Counted from the first letter of the stretch, positions 45,499 to 55,597 are shown. The stretch: 64,000 nt of DNA from Escherichia coli (GCF_048403405.1 NZ_CP183136.1), one strand, 5' to 3'. Made by a program: numbers and translations. Notes: generated from the sequence alone by a model not told the origin.

Positions 45499-46689
45499 TT
45501 ATGGGAATGGTACCATCTTTGATTCTCTGACTTTAATACCGTCCCCGGTATGGTAAATTTTATTATTAATGTTTATTGCACCTGAGTTATTCATATGAAG
45601 GAAAAAATCAGGGCTTACTATTTTTGTGTACCAGACAAGGCTGTTACTTACTCTTTCCCTGGCATAGTAAACAAAAATATTATCAGAAATTTGTTGAAGA
45701 TAGTTTAATAAATTTGTGTCTGACGTAATATTTTCCTCAAGCGTTAACTTGACATCATCAGACAGTAGTACCGTATTTTCACACAAATCCGTAAACGACT
45801 CGTACTTGTTGCATGACATAAAGTGACGCTGGTAACTATCAATGATGTCATCATCAGTATAACCGCCAATAAGAAAGTTGTGCAGGCATATATACGATTG
45901 CCACAATTCCACTACGGATTTACAAAGTGCTTTTTTCAGACTATTAGCATAGGATAATCCGGTACTGTATTTTATTCGACTGATTTTGTTTTTTGTGCCA
46001 TACAGGGTTAGTACTGCGTGTCCAGGAGCTCCGGGCAGGGTGATATCGAAAATCCTGATATCTCCTTCTGACCTGAGAGCCAGTAAAATCTCATCTATAT
46101 GATTTATGCCTGTTACTATTTCACTGGATATTTCAGTATTGGCTTTTCCCTGTAACCAGTAAAGAAGGAGGGACTGTCTCTCCATAAATTCACACAAGGA
46201 ACCTTCTATGGCATCGTTCAAACTACCATGAAAGCTACATCCGCATGTATCTCTGTCAGGATAAAATTTCAGATCATCTGCAGCGGTTATATTGTCGAGT
46301 GCAATTATGACTGCAGGTATTTCTTGTTGTTCAAGGCTAAACAGATTAAAGGCTCTGACCGTTTTAAATTTATGGGTTATGATTTCATCGCGGGTCAGTG
46401 ATGAGATCTGAAAAAATGCTTCGGTAAAAGCCTTTGCAGCAGATGGAGGCATCATCTCATATAATGTTTTCTGACCACCGGTGACTATCTCATTAAAAAA
46501 ATGACGGCGTTCAAAATATTCACCTATTGCCCCCTGAATTGACTTCAGAGTTTCACCGGCCGCGCTGGCTGGTGTAATACGCTCATAGTCCCATATCTGA
46601 GAAAACGTTGGCATATTTCTGTTCAGTTTTGGACTCATGGCCATTGTGGCCGGCCATGCGGACATAAGGTTACTGTAGACATTTATCAT
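45499..46689 (-). CDS. mcbD: McbD, YcaO-type cyclodehydratase
   Basis: 396 aa, operon position. Confidence 0.85.
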   Translation of the reverse strand: MINVYSNLMSAWPATMAMSPKLNRNMPTFSQIWDYERITPASAAGETLKSIQGAIGEYFERRHFFNEIVTGGQKTLYEMMPPSAAKAFTEAFFQISSLTRDEIITHKFKTVRAFNLFSLEQQEIPAVIIALDNITAADDLKFYPDRDTCGCSFHGSLNDAIEGSLCEFMERQSLLLYWLQGKANTEISSEIVTGINHIDEILLALRSEGDIRIFDITLPGAPGHAVLTLYGTKNKISRIKYSTGLSYANSLKKALCKSVVELWQSYICLHNFLIGGYTDDDIIDSYQRHFMSCNKYESFTDLCENTVLLSDDVKLTLEENITSDTNLLNYLQQISDNIFVYYARERVSNSLVWYTKIVSPDFFLHMNNSGAININNKIYHTGDGIKVRESKMVPFP

Positions 46690-47488
46690 CGTTTACATCT
46701 CCAAAAAACTGAACGATCAGTGGCGCTACAGTCCTCTGATCCAGATTCATTGTTTTTGCTACGTATGAATCGGTATATCCCGCCCATACCCGGTTTTTCA
46801 GTCCTATTTGATCTGCAACCAATACTGCGTTCTGATACATCGAACCTGTTTCCATTAAGGCCATCCGGTATCCTCTGTAGCGATATTTGAACAAAGCTTT
46901 TTCAAAAATAATGCAATAGACGAGAGCAAAATGGGGTTTACCAAGACGTTCCGAATCCCCACCGGACAGGCTTCGGTAGAGTGACTGAGTATTACATGTA
47001 GCAACAGGTTCCAGTGCCTGACTTAGCGGCAGGTAGTGATAAACATTAGTTCCTGCCTGCCAGTTTTCTGTATTTTCAGATAATCTGCATAAAAAAACTT
47101 CAATCGGGTACAATGCCCCCCCAGAAGGATAAGGTCTTCTTACAGAGCCAGGATCAGGTGAGCTGAATGCATTGACTAATAACTTTTCAATAGTACGAAT
47201 GGAAAGTTTATTTTTGTCGCAAAAGTTTATTCCTGATGGGAGCCTTTCACGACTAAAATTATGTGATGAGGATATGTTTATTACGGAGCTGAAACCTGGC
47301 CTGAAGAGAACTTCTTTATTTTCAAATTTCTCCAGATGGGCAAGAGGTACCGCGGACACGAAAGTTCGTTCAGCAAATTCGGGGAGGGAAGCAAAGTTAC
47401 CTCTGACATGAAAATCTTTAACAATGGCCAGAACTTCAGGATCTGTGTAATGCGTTACTTCCACTAAAGAGAGTTCGTGTTTTGACAT
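46670..47488 (-). CDS. mcbC: McbC, FMN-dependent dehydrogenase
   Basis: 272 aa, operon position. Confidence 0.85.
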   Translation of the reverse strand: MSKHELSLVEVTHYTDPEVLAIVKDFHVRGNFASLPEFAERTFVSAVPLAHLEKFENKEVLFRPGFSSVINISSSHNFSRERLPSGINFCDKNKLSIRTIEKLLVNAFSSPDPGSVRRPYPSGGALYPIEVFLCRLSENTENWQAGTNVYHYLPLSQALEPVATCNTQSLYRSLSGGDSERLGKPHFALVYCIIFEKALFKYRYRGYRMALMETGSMYQNAVLVADQIGLKNRVWAGYTDSYVAKTMNLDQRTVAPLIVQFFGDVNDDKCLQ

Positions 47489-47489
47489 G

Positions 47490-48277
47490 TTATCTCTCCA
47501 GACAGCTGCAAGCCTGCCAGTGAATTACCGGCTCTTTACATAAAATACAGGTGATTAAATCAGCGCTAACAGATGACATAAAGTTATCGACATGACTTTT
47601 AACCAGTGAAGTACCTGTCAACTCCTGAAGTCGCCGTTTTATTAAATGATAGCTGAATCCTCTTTCTGATTCGCCTAAAGCCAATGCTGGTAGTGTCATT
47701 TGGTATTTTTTCAGTAACTGAAGTAAGTTTGCCCAGGACATTTCGTTACGTCTGAAGCTTTTTTCTTCCCTGCTCAGCCATCTATCTATATGACAAAAAT
47801 GGCAGGGAGTACCAAGATCAGGTGAATATACTCCATCTATCCTGAATGACTCCTTTAGGTAGTAGCTTTGGATGAAGGCAACACCAGGGTTACTTTCAAA
47901 TTTTGAATAGATTCTTTTTACAATGTCTGAATGATAGTTTTCGAGATGTAACCAGATTAGTGTTGAATCGCTCACATTAATATTATTATCTTTTATATCA
48001 ATGATATGAGAAACAAAAACACCATCAGATTTCCATTGTTCCCGGGCATTACTGAAAAGATGTGGAACATCGCTTATTATGACTGAGTTTACCCAGAGAG
48101 GTGATGTTTTCGTTTTATTTATCACGCCTGTGGTAATAAGAAACTCTTTGCCCTTGTCTTTATCAATAAGCGATTCGTCCAGTAGTTTATCAAGGAGGTA
48201 TTCAGAAATAATACCCTGTTTGGATCGTAGGCTTTCGAGTACTTTTTTCATTCCCTCATGTGTAATGTCTACTGAAG
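47490..48277 (-). pseudogene. mcbB: mcbB 3' fragment, interrupted by IS903
   Basis: Reading frame continues upstream of the ORF's first Met to the IS903 boundary; rejoins the 5' fragment exactly when IS903 and one copy of the 9-bp duplication are removed. Confidence 0.8.
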
Positions 48278-48286
48278 AAATGTAGG

Positions 48287-49343
48287 GGCTTTGTTGAATA
48301 AATCGAACTTTTGCTGAGTTGAAGGATCAGATCACGCATCTTCCCGACAACGCAGACCGTTCCGTGGCAAAGCAAAAGTTCAAAATAACCAACTGGCCCA
48401 CCTACAATAAAGCCCTCATCAACCGTGGCTCCATAACTTTCTGGCTGGATGATGAAGCTATTCAGGCCTGGTATGAGTCAGCAACACCTTCTTCACGAGG
48501 CAGACCTCAGCGCTATTCTGACCTTGCCATCACGACTGTGCTGGTCATTAAACGCGTATTCAGGCTGACCCTGCGCGCTGCGCAGGGCTTTATTGATTCC
48601 ATTTTTTCTCTGATGAACGTTCCGCTACGCTGCCCGGATTACAGCTGTGTCAGCAGGCGGGCAAAGTCGGTTAATATCAGTTTCAAAACGCCCACCCGGG
48701 GTGAAATCGCACACCTGGTAATTGATTCCACCGGGCTGAAGGTCTTCGGTGAAGGCGAGTGGAAAGTCAAAAAGCATGGTCAGGAACGCCGCCGTATCTG
48801 GCGTAAGCTGCATCTGGCAGTTGACAGCAACACACATGAAATCATCTGTGCAGACCTGTCGCTGAACAATGTGACGGACTCAGAAGCCTTCCCGGGTCTT
48901 ATCCGGCAGACTCACAGAAAAATCAGGGCAGCATCGGCAGACGGCGCTTACGACACCCGGCTCTGTCACGATGAACTGCGGCGTAAGAAAATCAGCGCGC
49001 TTATCCCACCCCGAAAAGGCGCGGGTTACTGGCCCGGTGAATATGCAGACCGTAACCGTGCTGTTGCGAATCAGCGAATGACCGGGAGTAATGCGCGGTG
49101 GAAATGGACAACAGATTACAACCGTCGCTCGATAGCGGAAACGGCGATGTACCGGGTAAAACAGCTGTTCGGGGGTTCACTGACGCTGCGTGACTACGAT
49201 GGTCAGGTTGCGGAGGCTATGGCCCTGGTACGAGCGCTGAACAAAATGACGAAAGCAGGTATGCCTGAAAGCGTGCGTATTGCCTGAAAACACAACCCGC
49301 TACGGGGGAGACTTACCCGAAATCTGATTTATTCAACAAAGCC
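48287..49343 (+). mobile_element. IS903 (IS5 family), 1057 bp, 18-bp terminal inverted repeats, 9-bp target duplication AAATGTAGG
   Basis: IR ggctttgttgaataaatc at 48287 and its reverse complement ending 49343; identical aaatgtagg at 48278..48286 and 49344..49352. Confidence 0.9.
48319..49287 (+). CDS. IS903 transposase
   Basis: 322-aa ORF filling the element; IS903/IS102 transposase from recall. Confidence 0.9.
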   Translation: MKDQITHLPDNADRSVAKQKFKITNWPTYNKALINRGSITFWLDDEAIQAWYESATPSSRGRPQRYSDLAITTVLVIKRVFRLTLRAAQGFIDSIFSLMNVPLRCPDYSCVSRRAKSVNISFKTPTRGEIAHLVIDSTGLKVFGEGEWKVKKHGQERRRIWRKLHLAVDSNTHEIICADLSLNNVTDSEAFPGLIRQTHRKIRAASADGAYDTRLCHDELRRKKISALIPPRKGAGYWPGEYADRNRAVANQRMTGSNARWKWTTDYNRRSIAETAMYRVKQLFGGSLTLRDYDGQVAEAMALVRALNKMTKAGMPESVRIA

Positions 49344-49410
49344 AAATGTAGGTAATAAGCAGGGTCTTTGTATTTCTGGAAATTATCTCAAACGGCAGAA
49401 TATTGATCAT
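49344..49410 (-). pseudogene. mcbB: mcbB 5' fragment (first 22 codons, MINILPFEIISRNTKTLLITYI)
   Basis: Minus-strand ATG at 49410 with RBS; coding continues to the IS903 junction. Confidence 0.75.
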
Positions 49411-49469
49411 ATCTTTTCCTTTTTTAATATCAGGGAGCACCATGCTCCCTGAACGGTTAATTCAACGTA

Positions 49470-49679
49470 TCAGATATGTGAACCACTTCCGCCGCTGCCA
49501 CCGTTTCCACCACTACAACCGTTGCTGCAACCACCACAACCGCCACCTTGACCACCGCAGCTACCGCCGCCGCCGCCGCCGCCACCACCACCAATGCCAA
49601 CACCTAATGGAGACTGGCGTGATAATTTAAGAGCATCAACGGACAAAACTACACCAAATTCACTCGCTTTTAATTCCAT
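49470..49679 (-). CDS. mcbA: McbA, microcin B17 precursor
   Basis: 69-aa translation with leader MELKASEFGVVLSVDALKLSRQSPLG and Gly/Ser/Cys-rich core, matches McbA. Confidence 0.95.
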   Translation of the reverse strand: MELKASEFGVVLSVDALKLSRQSPLGVGIGGGGGGGGGGSCGGQGGGCGGCSNGCSGGNGGSGGSGSHI

Positions 49680-49900
49680 AAGGACTCCTTTTTTAAGGGA
49701 AATTAATGCTTATGACATCTGAATAGTATGTTGGCCAACACTAGTTACTTGCCGTAATTAACTATATTTTGCAATGATAATTTGAACTAAATTTGTACGC
49801 TTGTTAAATATTTAATAATAATATCAGTTGGTTATGTTTATGCTGTTATTGTTTTTTTACAAAAATTAATATTGTGTTTACATTTTGCTTTCAGTTGCTG
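49680..49900 (-). promoter_or_regulatory. AT-rich mcb promoter region
   Basis: AT-rich sequence directly upstream of mcbA; inferred from position. Confidence 0.4.
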
Positions 49901-49933
49901 TCAGGATGTCACACTACCCCTTTAAGCCCCCAC

Positions 49934-50050
49934 TGGTCTGGCAGGGCCGGGGGTGGGTAAGGTGAAACCTGTCAATCAGTACCGGCTTACGCCGGTATCA
50001 TATGCAACAACTGAGTGCCGCCTTCCATATCATATCATTTGCCCGTTTCC
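49934..50050 (+). repeat. Conserved motif, copy 3 of 3
   Basis: tctggcagggccgggggtgggtaaggtgaaacctgtcaatcagtaccggcttacgccgg ... tgccgccttccata, similar to 41299..41430. Confidence 0.5.
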
Positions 50051-50208
50051 CGCCGTGCAGATCCGGTTTCCGGCTGAAGTGGATCCAGACCTGATTTGTT
50101 GCTGAGTATCGGTAAAAGAGCGGCTTATAATCTATTCTGAAACATGGCAAGTGAATCTGGGCTGTATAATTCCGGCAAGTGTCATCTGTATTTAAAGGTC
50201 GTGTGAGT

Positions 50209-50661
50209 ATGAAATTTATGGAATGTGCTGTCCGGGATGTGATTTATGGGACCAATGTCCGTATTGTCAAACCGGTCAACATTTATGAATGTGAACTCAG
50301 GGACAATGTGTTTGTCGGCCCCTTCGTTGAGATACAGAAAGGCTGTGTCATTGGTAGTGGAAGCCGGATACAGTCGCACACGTTTATTTGTGAGAACGTA
50401 ACACTGGGGGAGAACTGCTTCATTGGTCATAACGTGACGTTCGCCAACGATCTGTTTCGTTCAGGAGCACCAGATCCGTCACCGGATAACTGGATCAGCA
50501 TTACCCTGGGGGATTCGGTTACTGTTGGCAGTGGAGCCATTATTCTGTCTCCGTATATATGCAGCGGAGCTGTTATTGGTGCGGGGGCAGTTGTAGTAAA
50601 ACCGATTGAGAACAAAGGCATTTATGCAGGAAACCCGGCAAGACTGATCAGAATATTATGA
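50209..50661 (+). CDS. Hexapeptide-repeat acyl/acetyltransferase
   Basis: Left-handed beta-helix hexapeptide repeats; start at MKFMECAVRD is inferred. Confidence 0.65.
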   Translation: MKFMECAVRDVIYGTNVRIVKPVNIYECELRDNVFVGPFVEIQKGCVIGSGSRIQSHTFICENVTLGENCFIGHNVTFANDLFRSGAPDPSPDNWISITLGDSVTVGSGAIILSPYICSGAVIGAGAVVVKPIENKGIYAGNPARLIRIL

Positions 50662-50665
50662 AAAA

Positions 50666-50696
50666 GAAAAGGGCCGTTACTGGCCCTTTTTATCAG
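50666..50696 (+). terminator. Rho-independent terminator
   Basis: Hairpin gggccgttactggccc flanked by A and T runs. Confidence 0.6.
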
Positions 50697-51063
50697 AGGT
50701 AGGTCTGTGAATACGGCAGGTGTACAGAAATCGACTGCCGGGGATCGATTTCCAGGGCCGCCCGGTATTCTGCGTCAGTGATATCACCTTTTTTCAGTAA
50801 ATAACCGAGAGCATCGTTTCCCAGCCCTGACAGTATGCGTATTCTGGCGATCCGGACTGGCAAATAACCCATCAAAAACGTTATTGCCAGACATTGCGAA
50901 CTCACCAATTTTGATTATTGGAGCCACTTTTTCATAAGTTCCGTGAAATTATTTCATAATAACGACCCTGTTTATTTTATGTAATGACTGGCAATAAAAT
51001 AACTTGATTAAGTTCCCTTTATCCAGCCTGATAGTGGATAAAGGAAACTCAATCATAATTTAA

Positions 51064-51417
51064 TTAGTTTATTAACTTCATCGCATTCTTTTTTGTCTCC
51101 TCATCACTTTTTTGCTCCGATTGTGAAGAGGACTGAATGATTGTTGAAGAATTTAAATCGGCCATCTCTTTTGGAAATAGCGATCTCAATATATTCACGA
51201 TATCTGAAAATGTGGTTTCTTTCGTCAGCAGTTCACATAAAAGGAAAGGGGCCCTGGGATCTTGTCTGTATAAGGCCAGACCTGCCGTCAGTGCAGCCCG
51301 GTTAAGGCGGCTGCGTTCCCCTTGCGGGATACTGTCCAGTGTATCACAAACAATTTTATCTGTTTGATTTACATCTGGATTTAGCTTAAAGGCAATGGTT
51401 CTGCGCTTGTCCATCAT
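51064..51417 (-). CDS. parR: ParR (StbB) centromere-binding protein
   Basis: 117-aa ORF downstream of parM. Confidence 0.8.
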   Translation of the reverse strand: MMDKRRTIAFKLNPDVNQTDKIVCDTLDSIPQGERSRLNRAALTAGLALYRQDPRAPFLLCELLTKETTFSDIVNILRSLFPKEMADLNSSTIIQSSSQSEQKSDEETKKNAMKLIN

Positions 51418-52379
51418 TAATTACCTATGAGATACATACCGTTAACTAAATCATATTGAGAGTTATTGGTTTTAAAAAAACGTTCATCACGAATCTGTGT
51501 GTGTTTTTTTACTGCATCGCATATTAATTCTGCGCCACCACCTATAACCATAACATGAGTATAACCAGAAAATTCATTGAGTGTATTTAATACACGTTGC
51601 TCAAGTTTACGAAGTGCTTCATTCATTGCTTCGGTGACTATTGATATTTTGTTCTCATCATTAATTCGTTGCTTCAGATAGTTATTATCTTTTCTGTGAA
51701 TAATTATATCATCAGCAAGATAGCTACTTCCTTTTGTTCTCGCAAGAGAAAGGGCATCTTTTACTGCAGATGTGACCAGAGATACACCAAGAGATGAGTC
51801 TCCGTATATTTTACTGATCCCCGATAATTTCCCCATTACCTGAGAAATATCTAATGTGGTGCCCCCGAGATCTATAATTAATAAAGAATCTAACTCATCC
51901 AGTTCTTGTAGAACTTCATAACCTGCCGGTATAGATTCAGGCATGACTTTTACATCTTTTATTGTGAATGTATCCCCACCATTTAATGTAATTTTTTTCC
52001 GGAAGTTTGCTTTCTTACGCTCAATATTTTCCGTATTGGGTTGGTTATTCCTGTCGTAATACTCTGTCAGAGGAAGTGTGCAAACAATATCCACTTCGCT
52101 TACCGGCAGACCACTGGTCAGTAAGGCGTGGTGCACCGCAACGACATTAACGTCGCTGTATTGCCATGCGATATTGGTTGTGACTACAGCATCCGGGCTG
52201 ATTGGATCAAATGAATACTGTTCGCCGTTCAGTGTGTAGTTAAAGACCTTTTTATCACCAAAAGAAACTGCCCACTCGCGTTTGAAGCTGTTCGGGCTAA
52301 TGTGCTGTTTAATTGTTCCGTCGCTTTCCTGCCACTGTAGTTTGATGTTTGTTGAACCGTCATCAATGAATACCAACAT
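51417..52379 (-). CDS. parM: ParM (StbA) actin-like partition ATPase
   Basis: 320 aa, [16 protein letters not shown]... with actin-fold phosphate motifs ([16 protein letters not shown]). Confidence 0.9.
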
Positions 52380-52384
52380 TTATA

Positions 52385-52560
52385 AAACTCCTTATGGTGT
52401 TTTTTTGGTGTTTGTTTGGGTGTGTTTTGGGCTTTAAATGGGTTTATTTGTCAAGTTTACCCCATTTTAACTATCAATCAATGATTATTTGTCTTGTTTT
52501 GGTGTTTTGTTGGGCTTGGTATGGGTTGTTTTTGGGTTTTGTTTGGCGGATAACAAAAGA
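52385..52560 (-). other. parC: parC centromere
   Basis: Tandem short iterons (ggtgtttgtttgg variants) directly upstream of parM. Confidence 0.65.
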
Positions 52561-52870
52561 TGTCGCCGGGCTCCTCTTTTTACTGCGCCGGCTGACGCGG
52601 CGCGGCATAAACGCTGCCTGTGGTCAGTGTCCCGCGTCCGGTGGGCACGGGACGGGCGCTTTTACCGCTCCCGGCTGGCGTCGGTGACAGTGTACGCCAG
52701 CCTGTCGCCCTTTTCTGATGAACGCCCTTCAAGCCGCTTTCGCGGCATAGCCTTGCCGTCAGAAAGACGACGGCTGCGGTATTCCACGGTCGGCCTGACC
52801 CGTTACCGGACGCGGTGAACAGCCCACAGGCAGCGGGGAACGGGCGCCACAGGGGCGCCCTCCCGATGCT
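52555..52870 (+). repeat. About 320-bp leading-region repeat, family 2, copy 1
   Basis: Near-identical to 53855..54185; GC-rich; ends at the start codon of the downstream gene. Confidence 0.8.
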
Positions 52871-52873
52871 CCT

Positions 52874-53815
52874 GTGAGGATAATTCCCATGCCAAACTGG
52901 TGCTCGAATCGTATGTATTTTTCTGGTGAACCGGCACAGATCGCTGAGATTAAACGACTGGCCAGCGGTGCAGTCACACCGCTTTATCGCCGCGCCACAA
53001 ATGAAGGTATTCAGCTGTTTCTGGCCGGAAGTGCCGGACTTCTGCAGATCACTGAAAATATCCGCTCTGAGCAGTGCCCCGGAGTGACGGCTGCCGGACG
53101 TGGTGCTGTATCACTGGAAAATATCGCGTTCACCCGCTGGCTGACACACCTGCAGAACGGTGTACTGCTGGATGAGCAAAACTGCCTGATGCTGCATGAA
53201 CTCTGGCTGCAGAGCGGTACTGGACAGCGTCGCTGGGAAGGGTTACCGGATGATGTCAGGGAAACTATCACTGTGCATTTCACCGCAAAAAGAGGTGACT
53301 GGTGTGACATCTGGGGTAACGAGGATGTATCGGTGTGGTGGAACCGTCTGTGTGACAACGTACTGCCGGAAAAAACCATGCCGTTTGACCTGCTGACGGT
53401 TTTGCCGACCCGCCTGGATATTGAAGTGAATGGCTTTAACGGCGGTGTTCTGAACGGTGTTCCTTCTGCATATCACTGGTATACAGAACGGTATGGCGTG
53501 AAGTGGCCTTGTGGGTATGACCTGAATATCAGCAGTCAGGGGGAAAACTTCATTCAGGTGGATTTCGACACGCCGTGGTGTCAGCCGGAAAGCGACGTTG
53601 TTGCAGAATTAAGCCGCCGTTTCGGCTGCACGCTGGAGCACTGGTACGCCGAACAGGGCTGCAATTTCTGTGGCTGGCAGTTGTATGAGCGCGGAGAGCT
53701 TGTTGATGTGCTGTGGGGGGAACTGGAATGGTCTTCCCCGACAGATGACGATGAGCTGCCGGAAGTCACCGGACCTGCGTGGATAGTCGACAATGTGACG
53801 CATTATGGCGGATGA
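52874..53815 (+). CDS. Hypothetical leading-region protein (313 aa)
   Basis: Long ORF bracketed by the family-2 repeats; no family recognised. Confidence 0.6.
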   Translation: MRIIPMPNWCSNRMYFSGEPAQIAEIKRLASGAVTPLYRRATNEGIQLFLAGSAGLLQITENIRSEQCPGVTAAGRGAVSLENIAFTRWLTHLQNGVLLDEQNCLMLHELWLQSGTGQRRWEGLPDDVRETITVHFTAKRGDWCDIWGNEDVSVWWNRLCDNVLPEKTMPFDLLTVLPTRLDIEVNGFNGGVLNGVPSAYHWYTERYGVKWPCGYDLNISSQGENFIQVDFDTPWCQPESDVVAELSRRFGCTLEHWYAEQGCNFCGWQLYERGELVDVLWGELEWSSPTDDDELPEVTGPAWIVDNVTHYGG

Positions 53816-53854
53816 AGTATGACGGAGACGGGCGGGCAACCGCCCGTTTCTTTT

Positions 53855-54185
53855 CCGACAAAGGATGTCGCCGTGCTCCTCTTTTTACTGCGCCGGCTGA
53901 CGCGGCGCGGCATAAACGCTGCCTGTGGTCAGTGTCCCGCGTCCGGCGGGCACGGGGCGGGCGCTTTTACCGCTCCCGGCTGGCGTCGGTGACAGTGTAC
54001 GCCAGCCCGTCGCCCTTTTCTGATGAACGCCCTTCAAGCCGCTTTCGCGGCATAACCTTGCCGTCAAAAAGACGACGGCTGCGGTATTCCACGGTCGGCC
54101 TGACCCGTTACCGGACGCGGTGAACAGCCCACAGGCAGCGGGGAACGGGCACCACAGGGGTGCCCTCCCGGTGCCCTCTGTAAGA
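53855..54185 (+). repeat. About 320-bp leading-region repeat, family 2, copy 2
   Basis: Near-identical to 52555..52870; abuts the methyltransferase start. Confidence 0.8.
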
Positions 54186-54198
54186 GAAGGAGTTTCGT

Positions 54199-54882
54199 AT
54201 GTCCCGTTTTGTCCTCGGTAACTGCATCGATGTTATGGCCCGTATTCCTGATAACGCCATTGATTTCATCCTCACCGACCCGCCATATCTCGTCGGTTTC
54301 CGTGACCGTTCCGGGCGCACCATCGCCGGCGATAAAACCGATGAGTGGCTGCAACCGGCCTGTAATGAAATGTTCCGCGTGCTGAAAAAAGACGCGTTAA
54401 TGGTGAGCTTCTACGGCTGGAACCGCGTCGATCGCTTTATGGCCGCCTGGAAAAATGCGGGATTCAGCGTTGTTGGTCACCTGGTCTTCACCAAAAACTA
54501 TACATCGAAGGCCGCATATGTGGGCTATCGCCACGAATGCGCCTACATCCTGGCAAAAGGCCGTCCACGTCTGCCACAAAACCCGCTGCCGGACGTGCTG
54601 GGCTGGAAATATTCGGGCAATCGCCATCACCCGACGGAAAAGCCCGTTACCAGCCTGCAACCGCTGATTGAGAGCTTCACACACCCGAACGCAATTGTGC
54701 TGGACCCGTTTGCAGGCAGCGGCTCAACCTGCGTCGCCGCCCTCCAGTCCGGACGCCGGTATATCGGTATCGAGCTGCTTGAGCAGTATCACCGTGCCGG
54801 GCAGCAACGCCTTGCCGCCGTGCAACGGGCCATGCAGCAGGGGGCCGCGAATGATAACTGGTTTATGCCGGAGGCTGCGTAA
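54199..54882 (+). CDS. Orphan DNA methyltransferase (beta-class amino-MTase, DPPY motif)
   Basis: Motifs ILTDPPY and VLDPFAGSGST; no adjacent restriction endonuclease. Confidence 0.8.
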   Translation: MSRFVLGNCIDVMARIPDNAIDFILTDPPYLVGFRDRSGRTIAGDKTDEWLQPACNEMFRVLKKDALMVSFYGWNRVDRFMAAWKNAGFSVVGHLVFTKNYTSKAAYVGYRHECAYILAKGRPRLPQNPLPDVLGWKYSGNRHHPTEKPVTSLQPLIESFTHPNAIVLDPFAGSGSTCVAALQSGRRYIGIELLEQYHRAGQQRLAAVQRAMQQGAANDNWFMPEAA

Positions 54883-55104
54883 ATGAACTATGCAGGACAC
54901 GAAAAACTGCGCGCCGAAGTGGCGGAGGTGGCCAATGCCATGTGCGACCTGCGTACAACCATGAATGAGATGGAGCAGCGGTACAGCTTTAATGCCGACA
55001 CCCTGCCGGAACGTCTGGTGCGTCAGACGCTGTTTCGCGCAAACCGCCTCCTGATGGAGGCATATACCGAAATTCTGGAACTGGATGCGTGCTTTAAAGA
55101 TTGA
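54883..55104 (+). CDS. Hypothetical protein (73 aa)
   Basis: ORF directly after the methyltransferase. Confidence 0.4.
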   Translation: MNYAGHEKLRAEVAEVANAMCDLRTTMNEMEQRYSFNADTLPERLVRQTLFRANRLLMEAYTEILELDACFKD

Positions 55105-55117
55105 GAAGGAGACGAGA

Positions 55118-55552
55118 ATGTACGGAACATGCGAAACGCTATGCCGGGAGCTGGCAGTAAAGTATCCGGGAGACATGCCGCTGATGCTGGTTATCTGGTC
55201 CCCGGAAGAGATTCAGGCCCTCGCTGACGGAATGGATATTTCCCTGTCCGATCATGAAATCAGAACCGTCCTGGCGCGCCTGGAGGACATCCCGGAAGAC
55301 CAGCGGACTGAATCCGGTATTTCTTCCGGCGTGGCGATGGAGATCATCAATAACGTGAGCGAAAACCGCCAGGTGACCGTCCCTGCTGAACTGCTGGCGT
55401 CCCTGATTCAGACCGCTGAACAGGCATTGTGGAAACGTGAATGGGCCGCCCGGGATCATGGCCTCGCCGTCCCGGAATGCGTCACCCGCCGTCAGGCGGT
55501 GATTAATCAGGCCCGCACCCTGCTGAAAAACAACAGACACGAAAACGACTGA
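55118..55552 (+). CDS. Hypothetical protein, paralogue of 57260..57679
   Basis: RBS ggagacgag before ATG; shares the RQVTVPA motif and N-terminal MY.T pattern with 57260..57679. Confidence 0.55.
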   Translation: MYGTCETLCRELAVKYPGDMPLMLVIWSPEEIQALADGMDISLSDHEIRTVLARLEDIPEDQRTESGISSGVAMEIINNVSENRQVTVPAELLASLIQTAEQALWKREWAARDHGLAVPECVTRRQAVINQARTLLKNNRHEND

Positions 55553-55597
55553 TGTTATCGCCGCCTCCGGGCGGCGATTCAGGGAGAACGATTAATC

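Noticed and set aside
52489-54123. Near-identical 109- and 114-aa ORFs (CRRAPLFTAPADAARHKRCLW...)
   Set aside because: Both lie entirely within the two copies of the ~320-bp repeat; the identity reflects the DNA repeat and the translation is Arg-rich low complexity.
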